DNA from: Microgenomates group bacterium
GTDB lineage: Bacteria; Patescibacteriota; Microgenomatia; UBA10105; UBA927
Assembly (NCBI GenBank): GCA_049287205.1
Contig: JBAQFJ010000001.1
Location: forward strand, 767,041-831,040
Direction of reading: 5' to 3'
Length of the DNA: 64,000 nt
Under the pieces are notes generated by a model that saw only the letters and a program-made list of their open reading frames with translations, was not told where the DNA came from and did no database searches. Below, piece by piece: positions 28,615-37,452 of this stretch. Within the stretch, counting starts at the first letter, position 1. Every line of letters begins with the position of its first letter. A program made the position numbers and the translations under genes.

Positions 28615-30270
28615 TTAGGTTATCGGAGTATTTTGACTTCCATTCCCCACCACTTCGTTTGCAGGTTCCAAAATAATTTGCTTTGGATGTCTAAATTTCG
28701 TCAGTAGTGCAATGAATGATTTTGCTTCAGTTACACCAAACATCCACACTAAAAACAGATACACGGCAAGACCAATCACACTGCTCACGCCGGCAAGGAG
28801 CAATAACCCAAATGTTCTGGTTGTGTCAAAGATTAATTGATCAAATAATTTCAGCGGAATATACAACGCGACTCCTGTTACTAATGAGGCGATAATAATT
28901 TTTGCCGGTGTTGTGAGCAATTTCACCAAGACCTTGCTCCCTAATCGACGCTCCAAATAAATAAAGAGGAGTATTACATTAAAAAAACTGGCAATGGTTG
29001 TAGAAAGTCCAAGTGACCAAACCGGATAATGCAACACCTGCACAAAAATAATGCTTAACACCGTATTCATCACAATCGTAATGACAGCGATAATCATTGG
29101 TGTCATTGTGTCAAACAACGCATAAAATCCGCGGGTCAACAATTGTGATACCGCCTGTGCCGACAAGGAAATGCTAAATGCGGATAATGTCATGCCGGTT
29201 AACACTGTTGCCTGCCAGTCAAACCGTGATGCTCCAAACACTAAACGAACAATTGGAATACGAAGCACTATAAATAATACGGAGATCGGCATGATAAAAA
29301 ACATAATCTGATTGAGTGCGGAGGTAATCGTTTTCATGTATTGTTCTTTATCATCGCTTGCGGATGCCTGTGACAACAGTGGAAATGCCGCCTGCGCAAC
29401 CGTCGCTCCAAACAGACCAATCGGCAGCTGCTGCAGTTGTTGGGCAAAACTGAATACCGTCACCATACGTGCACCTAAAAGTGAAGACAGCATCAGATCA
29501 ACCGTTGTATCAATCTGTGATACCGCAAGTCCGGCAGTGCGGGGCAGCATCAGTTTTCCGATTTCCCGTACCCCTTCATTTTTTAGATCCATTGTTAATT
29601 TTTGTTTATATCCCAGTTTGATGAGCGGCGGTATTTGAATAATCGTAAACAAAAATGCGCCGATACCGACACCAATCACCGGCCCCCATAACCCGACGCT
29701 TCCGCTGAAAAACACTATTCCTAAAATAATTCCTACGTTATAGACAACAGGGGCAAGAGCCGGAAGAAAAAACATGCTGTGTGACTGCAAAATTCCGGTA
29801 AAAAAATTACCGATTAAAAGCGGGAATACCTGCAAGACCACCATAAATCGCGTAAACTGCACCATTTTCTCGATTTCCACAGGGGAAAATCCCGGAGCGA
29901 TCAACCGGGAAATCTCACTTGTCCAAATAAGGAGCGGAATAGCGATAACAAGAAGAATACTGATAGAGACGTTAATCAGTGTATTGGAAATCCGCCATGC
30001 CTCATCTTGTTTTCCTTTGGCAATATATTTCGTATAGACAGGGATAAACGCAGAGGTTAACGCTCCCATAACCAACAGTTCAAACAAAAAATTCGGCATA
30101 CGAAATGCCGCCAAATACACACCCAGTTCATCCGGAGAAAATCGTGCCGCCAAAAGTCGATCCCGTACCAATCCTAATATACGGGAAACAAACACCATTG
30201 CCATTAAAACAATGGCAGCCGACCTGACAGAAGATTGTTTTTTTGTTAGCAGTTCCAAAAAAGATTTCAT
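28615..30270 (-). CDS. murJ: Lipid II flippase MurJ (MviN)
   Basis: 551 aa with about 14 TM helices and the MurJ/MOP-family pattern. Confidence 0.85.
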   Translation of the reverse strand: MKSFLELLTKKQSSVRSAAIVLMAMVFVSRILGLVRDRLLAARFSPDELGVYLAAFRMPNFLFELLVMGALTSAFIPVYTKYIAKGKQDEAWRISNTLINVSISILLVIAIPLLIWTSEISRLIAPGFSPVEIEKMVQFTRFMVVLQVFPLLIGNFFTGILQSHSMFFLPALAPVVYNVGIILGIVFFSGSVGLWGPVIGVGIGAFLFTIIQIPPLIKLGYKQKLTMDLKNEGVREIGKLMLPRTAGLAVSQIDTTVDLMLSSLLGARMVTVFSFAQQLQQLPIGLFGATVAQAAFPLLSQASASDDKEQYMKTITSALNQIMFFIMPISVLFIVLRIPIVRLVFGASRFDWQATVLTGMTLSAFSISLSAQAVSQLLTRGFYALFDTMTPMIIAVITIVMNTVLSIIFVQVLHYPVWSLGLSTTIASFFNVILLFIYLERRLGSKVLVKLLTTPAKIIIASLVTGVALYIPLKLFDQLIFDTTRTFGLLLLAGVSSVIGLAVYLFLVWMFGVTEAKSFIALLTKFRHPKQIILEPANEVVGNGSQNTPIT

Positions 30271-30300
30271 TTCTATTCTCTATTATAACGCACTCTAACC

Positions 30301-30330
30301 TTGACCCGATAGATACCTCTCTGCTATACT
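30301..30330 (+). promoter_or_regulatory. Sigma70 promoter of rpsT (TTGACC-N18-TATACT)
   Basis: Read directly from the sequence. The -10 ends 7 nt before the rpsT ATG. Confidence 0.5.
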
Positions 30331-30337
30331 TTCACCT

Positions 30338-30577
30338 ATGCCAATAACAGCACAAGCATTAAAGAAGCTACGACATGACAAAAAACGCTCTGTTGCAACC
30401 GCAACAAAACGCGCGTATGTTCGCAGTGTCGTAAAAGATATGCGAAAAACGCCAAACGTTAAACAGCTTTCTACAGTGTTTGCGACGCTTGATAAAGCAG
30501 TAAAAATGCATGTTATCCACGCAAACAAAGCTGCAAGACTCAAGTCTCGCCTTTCCAAACTCATCGCAGCTAAGTAA
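30338..30577 (+). CDS. rpsT: Ribosomal protein S20
   Basis: 79-aa basic helical protein, MPITAQALKKLRHDKKRSVATATKRAYVRS... Confidence 0.88.
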   Translation: MPITAQALKKLRHDKKRSVATATKRAYVRSVVKDMRKTPNVKQLSTVFATLDKAVKMHVIHANKAARLKSRLSKLIAAK

Positions 30578-30627
30578 AAGCAACTCACGTCATTGAGGAT
30601 TCTTGTTTTTCCCCTTATAATGAATGC

Positions 30628-31194
30628 ATGCCTGCCACATCCACCATTGATATAAACCTTCTTGGTACGTCAAAGCAAGAACTCTCCCCTATCGGTCGTA
30701 TGGTCGCGTGGATCACCACATACGGAAGATATATTATGATCACAACGGAAATGATTGTTCTTATTGCGTTCATTTCCCGTTTTAGCCTGGATCGGCAGCT
30801 CACGGACTTGAAAGATGAAATCTCACAAAAACAAGATGTCATCACCTACAATCAGGATTTGGAAATAACATTTCGAAGAACTCAGGATGCGTTGAATAAA
30901 ATAAAAGTGCTGCTCGACCGTCAGAGCAAACCAACGGATGCAATTCAAACACTCCACACACTCCTTCCATCCGGCACCTATTTTCAAACGCTTTCCATTA
31001 CGAATGGCAAAGTTACCGCACAAATCACTTCACTTACTGTACAAAGTTTTTCACAGCTTTTACTAAACCTCAACGCAACAAAATCATTAAAAAATATTGA
31101 AATCGGAACGATAGATAAAGCAACAAGCATAGGAATCCAATATACGTTGGAAGCTGAACTTGTTGGGGTCAACATCGCCGCAAAGAAAAAATAA
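30628..31194 (+). CDS. pilN: PilN-like type IV pilus/competence assembly protein
   Basis: An N-terminal IDINLL motif (PilM-binding INLLP-type) is followed by a single TM and a periplasmic domain. Confidence 0.6.
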   Translation: MPATSTIDINLLGTSKQELSPIGRMVAWITTYGRYIMITTEMIVLIAFISRFSLDRQLTDLKDEISQKQDVITYNQDLEITFRRTQDALNKIKVLLDRQSKPTDAIQTLHTLLPSGTYFQTLSITNGKVTAQITSLTVQSFSQLLLNLNATKSLKNIEIGTIDKATSIGIQYTLEAELVGVNIAAKKK

Positions 31195-31201
31195 TATCCC
31201 T

Positions 31202-31852
31202 ATGTCAAATAAATTTAATTTACCAGAACAGTACCGAAAATATTATCATTCCCTCGAACCAATTTTGGCAAAACCAAAAACACGAATGTATTCAACGGTC
31301 ATATTTATTTTCTTGGTTGTTGCACTATTTGGATGGTATGCTGTCAAACCAACAGTACAAACAATTCTTTACCTGAGGCGGGAAATCGTAGATAAAAAAG
31401 CGGTGAACCAAAAAATGGACGAAAAAATAGAAGCGCTTATTGAGGCGCAAGCTGTTATTGAATCAATAGGACAACGTGCAACCTATATTGAAGATGCGAC
31501 GCCAATCAATCCGAATGCCATTGATGTCGTCAGACAACTTCGTGACATTGCGACAACCGCTGGTGCATCTATATCTGCAATTCAAGTTGCATCCGTTCCT
31601 GTTCTGCCGTCGGCAACCGCAAGTGCATCAAAATCCTATACAGTCAAACAGATTGATTTTGCCGTCTCCATGTCTATTGAAGGCAATTATGAAAACCTAT
31701 CAGCTTTTTTACGTAATTGTATTGCCATGCGCAGAATTATCACCATTGAATCCATCTCATTTACGCCAAACAAAAAACTGGCAACGACCATTTCATCTTC
31801 CCCGTCGATCCAATTAGTATTAAAAATGAATACGTACTATGCAACACAATAA
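31202..31852 (+). CDS. pilO: PilO-like assembly protein (TM + coiled coil + C-terminal domain)
   Basis: Topology and position immediately after pilN support the call. Start is at the ATG MSNKFNL at 31202, not the track's TTG at 31160. Confidence 0.45.
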   Translation: MSNKFNLPEQYRKYYHSLEPILAKPKTRMYSTVIFIFLVVALFGWYAVKPTVQTILYLRREIVDKKAVNQKMDEKIEALIEAQAVIESIGQRATYIEDATPINPNAIDVVRQLRDIATTAGASISAIQVASVPVLPSATASASKSYTVKQIDFAVSMSIEGNYENLSAFLRNCIAMRRIITIESISFTPNKKLATTISSSPSIQLVLKMNTYYATQ

Positions 31853-31858
31853 CACCAT

Positions 31859-32053
31859 ATGAAATCAGACCGCGATTTATTCCTTATCTCATTATTTACC
31901 TTTATCACCGTATTATCGTGGATATTTTTTGAGTTGGTAAAAACAACAAAGACTTCCACTGTCTCCGCGACGGTCAATCAAGTCATCACACCCTTAACAC
32001 CGAAGCTCGATACTGATACACTGGATATATTAGAACAAAAAACGAAGTTCTAA
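31859..32053 (+). CDS. Small single-pass membrane protein (64 aa), hypothetical
   Basis: One TM helix followed by a T/S-rich segment. It packs tightly between pilO and the next gene. Confidence 0.4.
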   Translation: MKSDRDLFLISLFTFITVLSWIFFELVKTTKTSTVSATVNQVITPLTPKLDTDTLDILEQKTKF

Positions 32054-32062
32054 TGGTTTATT

Positions 32063-33367
32063 ATGCAAGGACCAAGAAAAATACCTACGATTATCGGCAT
32101 TATTCTTGTCATTCTGTTAATGACAGGTATTAGCTTCCTTTTCCAATTTCTCTCTAAGACACAAACACGCGCCAGCACTTCTATTGAGCCGCAGCAAGTG
32201 ACGGTTACCAATATAACTGATGCGAGTTTTACCGTTATTTGGACGACAGAAGAAGAAGCAAGCGGCACTGTGTTAGCAGTTGATACAAACGGAAAAAAAT
32301 ATTCAGGATTTGATGAACGGGATGCTTCGGGAAAATTAGGAAAATATGTTACCCACAGCGTTTCCATACGATCCCTCACTCCTGCAACCCCTTTTAGTTT
32401 TACTATTCTCTCTAATGGAAAAAAATACCCAACAGATAAAAAAAACTATCAGGTAACCACATTTGCTTCGCTTATTGAAACGCCGCCGAATATTGATCCT
32501 GCGTACGGGAAAGTCACACTCAGTGACACAACGCCGGCGGAAGGAGCGATTGTTTTTCTTACGCTCACTGACAGTCAGACACTTTCAACACTCGTAAGAA
32601 ATTCAGGATCCTGGATTATTCCTCTTTCCACAATACGAACAATAGACGGCAGCTCGTATGTGCCGACAAGCGATCGATACACGGAAACGCTTGTTATTCA
32701 AAAAGGAACGACGGAATCAAAAGTGCTAACTGACACACTAAATGATTCTCCTGTTCCTGATATTATCCTAGGACAACAATTCGATTTCAGAAATCGCGAT
32801 GCAAAAAAGCCTGTTAGTTCAACGCTCGCCGCGTCAAACGCGGCTTCGCCACAATCAAACACAACAAAAACAGCAGTGTTGGGGGCAACAACAGGAACCA
32901 TATCACTGACGGCACCAATGGAAGGTGCTACAGTATCGACATTTCGACCGCAAATAAAAGGAACCGGTGTAGCCGGTAAAAAGGTTACAATTTCTCTGGG
33001 ACTCACAAATCCGACAACAGGGACAACGACAGTCGGTAAAGACGGATTATGGAAATATACATCAACAAAATCCCTTTCTCCGGGAAAGCAACGTGTCACC
33101 ATCAGCAGCGTGGATGCAAAAAATAAACCAATTGTCATCACACACACGTTTATTGTGATGAAAAGCGGTACACAAGTCTTAGGAGATGCAACAGCATCAG
33201 CAGAACTGGAAACCCCGACACCAACACCGGAAGAAGTTGCAACAGAAGGAGCGGAGCTTGCATCTGAACCGATGCCAACCAGCGGATCATATATACCAAC
33301 AATACTTCTTCTTATACTCGGAACGGCGTTGTTTATCGGAGGCGGATCATTTTTATTTATCAAATAA
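32063..33367 (+). CDS. Cell-surface protein with an N-terminal anchor, FN3-like and Ig-like domains and a C-terminal MPTSG + TM sorting signal
   Basis: VTVTNITDASFTVIWTTEEEASGTV is FN3-like. The C-terminus is EPMPTSGSYIPTILLLILGTALFIGGGSFLFIK. Confidence 0.65.
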   Translation: MQGPRKIPTIIGIILVILLMTGISFLFQFLSKTQTRASTSIEPQQVTVTNITDASFTVIWTTEEEASGTVLAVDTNGKKYSGFDERDASGKLGKYVTHSVSIRSLTPATPFSFTILSNGKKYPTDKKNYQVTTFASLIETPPNIDPAYGKVTLSDTTPAEGAIVFLTLTDSQTLSTLVRNSGSWIIPLSTIRTIDGSSYVPTSDRYTETLVIQKGTTESKVLTDTLNDSPVPDIILGQQFDFRNRDAKKPVSSTLAASNAASPQSNTTKTAVLGATTGTISLTAPMEGATVSTFRPQIKGTGVAGKKVTISLGLTNPTTGTTTVGKDGLWKYTSTKSLSPGKQRVTISSVDAKNKPIVITHTFIVMKSGTQVLGDATASAELETPTPTPEEVATEGAELASEPMPTSGSYIPTILLLILGTALFIGGGSFLFIK

Positions 33368-33412
33368 TTTGCCCGACTCTACCGACATGGTACACTAACA
33401 ATACACTATTCT

Positions 33413-34354
33413 ATGCCAACAACAGATACTTTCATTATTCCACCAATGCAGCCAGAGGCAGCACCGACGAAGGAAAAACCAGCAAAGAAAAAAGTTAGCG
33501 GAGGAAAAACAATCTTGTTAGTTGGACTTGTTCTTTTAATCATTACACTTCCTGTAGCGATTTATTACATTACTCAACAACAACAACTCGCGGATACCAG
33601 AAGCAGGGCATCGGGCGCAACAGGAAATCAATGCTCAAAAGGAGACACGCGATGTCAGACAAATGCCAATGGAACGAATACTGGATATATATGCAAATGC
33701 GTCAACGTCACTGATTCAACAGGAGCGGATGTTATGCAATGGGGATGTGGTTCTCGAAGTGACAGTTGCCCGACAGGAACCTCCAACACATCAGGATCAA
33801 CAGCCGGTACACGGACAACACCATATGGATATGCCGGCGGATGCGGCTACATACAAAAACCGCCACTTTCAGGAAATAAACCGTGTAATGAAGAAACATG
33901 CGGCATGAACTGCGGTGTATTTACGGGAGATTGTGGAAATCTCTGCTTTGATCAGTCATGTGCGGCTGCAGGATGTGCTTCAGGTGGCGGTGTAGGAGCA
34001 AAAGAAGAAACTGCAACTGCAGAGGCAACTGCAACACCTGAACCAACTGCAACACAAACACCTGCACCAACATCAGCGCCAAATTCCGCCACCTGTGACG
34101 CTTCTTGTTCGAGCGACAACAATTGTGCATCAGGGCTTACTTGTTCATCAGTTGATGGAATAAATAGATGTAGAAATGCCAGTTGTCCAGCAGAATCCAC
34201 ATGCAATTGCCCAGAAGCAACAAGTGCACCAGTACAAGACAGCACTGATACAACAGGAGAAGCCATGCCAATATCAGGCGTTGGTCCAGGAGTCATCGGA
34301 TCAATCACTGCAATCGGCAGTATTTTACTACTCATTGCAGGTCTTGCATTATAA
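33413..34354 (+). CDS. Cys-rich surface protein, paralog A (signal-anchor, Cys-rich modules, TP/TA-rich linker, CDASC module, C-terminal MPISGVGPG-TM)
   Basis: 31 Cys. It contains LPVAIYYITQQQQLADTRSRA and CDASCSSDNNCASGLTCSSVDGINRCRNASCP, and ends PISGVGPGVIGSITAIGSILLLIAGLAL. Confidence 0.7.
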   Translation: MPTTDTFIIPPMQPEAAPTKEKPAKKKVSGGKTILLVGLVLLIITLPVAIYYITQQQQLADTRSRASGATGNQCSKGDTRCQTNANGTNTGYICKCVNVTDSTGADVMQWGCGSRSDSCPTGTSNTSGSTAGTRTTPYGYAGGCGYIQKPPLSGNKPCNEETCGMNCGVFTGDCGNLCFDQSCAAAGCASGGGVGAKEETATAEATATPEPTATQTPAPTSAPNSATCDASCSSDNNCASGLTCSSVDGINRCRNASCPAESTCNCPEATSAPVQDSTDTTGEAMPISGVGPGVIGSITAIGSILLLIAGLAL

Positions 34355-34430
34355 AAACTACTGTTAATTAGTTGTTTTTACTCAGTATGTTATACACTAA
34401 ATACAGCACTGTTTTTTATTGGCATTTTTC

Positions 34431-35720
34431 ATGGCAAACGATACCCTTTCCCCACAACAACTCATTGATGATGCTGCAAAAGCATTAGATAAAACTCCTG
34501 CTGTTAAAATACCAGAAACGGAACAAAATAGCGAATCAACACAACAACTCACGCCACCCGCTGAACCACCACGCCTGAAAGAAGTTGAAAATCTACCATC
34601 AGAAGTTGAAACAAACAGTGCCCCATCAACTACATCTATTCCTCCTTCAGATATTATTAGTTCTCCACCACCTCCTGAAACAATGCCTAAAACAGATCAA
34701 TCATCAATCATTGTCCCAACAAAAGAAAAAGCGGAAGCAAAAAACGAAGAACTAAATAAACCGCCAATACCAGAAAAGAAAAAGAGCGGCAAAGGATTTT
34801 TTATTGCATTACTGCTTTTTTTTATTTTAACTCTCCCGATTGCCATCTATTACGTAACGCAGTCACCGCAGTTTGCTGAAATCAGAAGTAGAGCAACAAC
34901 CGTCTACCCTACACCGACAACATTACCCGGGGCAAAAACCTGCACCACATCAGCCAGATCAGGAGCCTGTGGACCGGGAGGTGCATATTATCTCAGTGAT
35001 TGGTTACCAAATCATGTCATCTGCGGAACGTGTGATCGAGCAGATAATTTTAATACGTGTGGCACTTGGCAAGGTGAAGCGGGAATTAATAAATCTGAAT
35101 GTTGCGGATCTGCTTGTTTCGGAGATTTCCCTTGGACATTTGAAAATCAATGTCTCAGTACAAAAACCTCAAACAGAGAAGCGTGTTTTCATGTAGAAGC
35201 AGACTGTAATCGGGTACAACCATGTAAAGCACCAACGGCGACAATAGGACCGACCAGTCCCCCAGGACCAACAGATACACCTGGGCCAACGGAAACACCA
35301 ACAGAAACGCCCATACCAACAAGCACACCAACAAATACACCTGGGCCAACGGAAACACCAACAGAAACGCCCATACCAACAAGCACACCTGCGCCAGGAA
35401 TGTGTGACGCTTCATGCGATATTGACAGCAATTGCAATTCCGGATTATCTTGTGTCACAACAACAGGGGTAAAACGCTGTCGGACAGCATCGTGTCCGGA
35501 TAATGCTGATTGTTCATGCTCACAAATAACACCAACAACGTACTCTGTAAATGGTATACCTGTTCCAACACGCGTAAGTCTCATTACTGTGAATACGACA
35601 ATAACGCCAACAAATCAACCTACTCCAAAAATTCCCGTTGCAGGCGTTGGTCCCGGATTGATCGGATCTATCACTGCAATAGGCAGTGTTTTACTTCTCC
35701 TCATAGGGCTTGCTTTGTAG
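34431..35720 (+). CDS. Cys-rich surface protein, paralog B, with a roughly 135-aa N-terminal cytoplasmic/Pro-rich region
   Basis: MANDTLSPQQLIDDAAKAL..., LPIAIYYVTQSPQFAEIRSRA and CDASCDIDSNCNSGLSCVTTTGVKRCRTASCP. The C-terminus is KIPVAGVGPGLIGSITAIGSVLLLLIGLAL. Confidence 0.7.
   Translation: MANDTLSPQQLIDDAAKALDKTPAVKIPETEQNSESTQQLTPPAEPPRLKEVENLPSEVETNSAPSTTSIPPSDIISSPPPPETMPKTDQSSIIVPTKEKAEAKNEELNKPPIPEKKKSGKGFFIALLLFFILTLPIAIYYVTQSPQFAEIRSRATTVYPTPTTLPGAKTCTTSARSGACGPGGAYYLSDWLPNHVICGTCDRADNFNTCGTWQGEAGINKSECCGSACFGDFPWTFENQCLSTKTSNREACFHVEADCNRVQPCKAPTATIGPTSPPGPTDTPGPTETPTETPIPTSTPTNTPGPTETPTETPIPTSTPAPGMCDASCDIDSNCNSGLSCVTTTGVKRCRTASCPDNADCSCSQITPTTYSVNGIPVPTRVSLITVNTTITPTNQPTPKIPVAGVGPGLIGSITAIGSVLLLLIGLAL
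35271..35389. repeat. Near-perfect 60-bp tandem duplication (about 1.95 copies) inside paralog B, encoding (N/D)TPGPTETPTETPIPTSTP
   Basis: 35281-35329 and 35341-35389 are identical, read directly from the sequence. Confidence 0.85.
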
Positions 35721-35800
35721 GAGAAAAAATCTTTCTTATTGAAGTTCAATCTTAGATAGTTTACTCTAATATATAGCACTAATTTTTATAGGTATTTTTC

Positions 35801-37405
35801 ATGGCTGACGAACCGATATCTCCACAGCAATTAATAGACGATGCTGCAAAAGCGTTAGGTGAAACACCGCTTGCGGTCGATAAGGAAACAATAAAAAACG
35901 ACTCATCTGAACAATCAATGCCACCCGTTGAACCACTCAAAGAAGAAGCTGTATTACCTGAACCGTTGATGCAAAAAACCGATATACCAACTCCTCCATT
36001 GGTTCCATCTGCAGTGGCGCCAGTTGCTCCACTTACGTCCGAATCCACGGATACAAGTGTCTCAAGTCAAGAACCAACTGAAACTATTCCCACAATTCCT
36101 CCACCTCCGCTCCCAATTCCAGAGCCAATTACTCAAACAGCGGCAGATTCAGTCATTATACCGTCAGAAGAAGTAAAACCAAACGATACACAAGGAAACA
36201 AGCCACCAAAACAAAAAAAGAAAAAGTCTGAAAAAGGCATTCTAATAGCTACACTTTTATTTCTTGTTTTTACACTTCCTATTGCTATTTATTACATAAC
36301 GCAGTCACCACAATTTGCTGAAATCAGAAGCAGAGCAGTCTACCCCACAGCAACACCGACACCTATAGGCGGAGGAGGAACAGGTTCATGCACCCTTGGT
36401 AGAGTGTTATACACAACAGGGTCATGTGCAAGTAAAGGGACGGTAACCAGTAGTTTTTGTCCACTTGACTGCGGTAATTTATGCTGTAACAGAAATGACT
36501 CAGTTTGTTGTTGTATGGGGTGTTATCCAAAAGGAACTGACTGTTCTGTTGCACCATATAACTGTCAGGGTGGTGGAGGCGGAACAGGCTGTCCACAAAC
36601 TGAATGTTATAGCGGCTATCCAACAACAAAGGTGCCGCATGAAAATTGTCTTGTCTGCAATCCAGACAGAAGCAAACTCAATACAGTTACCTTCTCTTCT
36701 GATGGCACAATACGTATACATCTAGATAATGTTCATGCAAGTACAACTGTCGCACTAACAAAAGATGGATCCTCAGCATCCATGACAAAAATCAGCGATG
36801 GAAATTTTGAGGCAGTGGTTACTGCGGGAACGTATACAATCGCAGTTCAACTTGGAAATGAGGACACTACCGCCCTTGGATTTATTTTGCCAGATAGCAA
36901 CAATAAATGCGGTCGGTATCCAGGGGCTACACGTGATATCAGCTCTTCTATTTCTTCATTATCAAGCTATGGGATAACTACTACTTCTGGAGTAGATAGA
37001 CCGTATCAATGTTGGGCTGACGCAATTCAAGGAAAAGATACTGACCAACGTGGACAACTTGATGCAAACTGGGATTTCGAGGATTTTGATGCTATTATCG
37101 GATACACAGCTACAATCACGAATACTCCGACACCAACAGAAACACCAACGCCTACACCAACGCCAACACCATACATTACCGACGCTACACCAACAGTGGT
37201 GTATATTTATCCGACTGCAACACCTACAATCTATAAAACACCGACACCAACAACTGTACGACTCATCGCGGGAATAACATCAACGCCAACACCAACAGGC
37301 CAACCGACTCCAAAAATTCCCGTTGCAGGAGTTGGCCCTGGAGTTGTTGGAGCAATCAGTGTGGCGGGAAGCATTCTACTTCTTATCTTAGGACTGATCC
37401 TCTAA
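35801..37405 (+). CDS. Cys-rich surface protein, paralog C (534 aa)
   Basis: MADEPISPQQLIDDAAKAL..., LPIAIYYITQSPQFAEIRSRA, Cys-rich CCNRNDSVCCCMGC, a beta-rich middle region and a TPTPTE linker. It ends KIPVAGVGPGVVGAISVAGSILLLILGLIL. Confidence 0.7.
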   Translation: MADEPISPQQLIDDAAKALGETPLAVDKETIKNDSSEQSMPPVEPLKEEAVLPEPLMQKTDIPTPPLVPSAVAPVAPLTSESTDTSVSSQEPTETIPTIPPPPLPIPEPITQTAADSVIIPSEEVKPNDTQGNKPPKQKKKKSEKGILIATLLFLVFTLPIAIYYITQSPQFAEIRSRAVYPTATPTPIGGGGTGSCTLGRVLYTTGSCASKGTVTSSFCPLDCGNLCCNRNDSVCCCMGCYPKGTDCSVAPYNCQGGGGGTGCPQTECYSGYPTTKVPHENCLVCNPDRSKLNTVTFSSDGTIRIHLDNVHASTTVALTKDGSSASMTKISDGNFEAVVTAGTYTIAVQLGNEDTTALGFILPDSNNKCGRYPGATRDISSSISSLSSYGITTTSGVDRPYQCWADAIQGKDTDQRGQLDANWDFEDFDAIIGYTATITNTPTPTETPTPTPTPTPYITDATPTVVYIYPTATPTIYKTPTPTTVRLIAGITSTPTPTGQPTPKIPVAGVGPGVVGAISVAGSILLLILGLIL

Positions 37406-37452
37406 AAGAATAGAGATACATCCGAGAAAGTGTACACTCTGTTGTGTTGTAG

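Noticed and set aside
33952-35584. Minus-strand ORFs of 127, 131 and 86 aa inside Cys-rich paralogs A and B
   Set aside because: They are G/V-rich antisense translations of TP-rich linkers, with no starts carrying an RBS.
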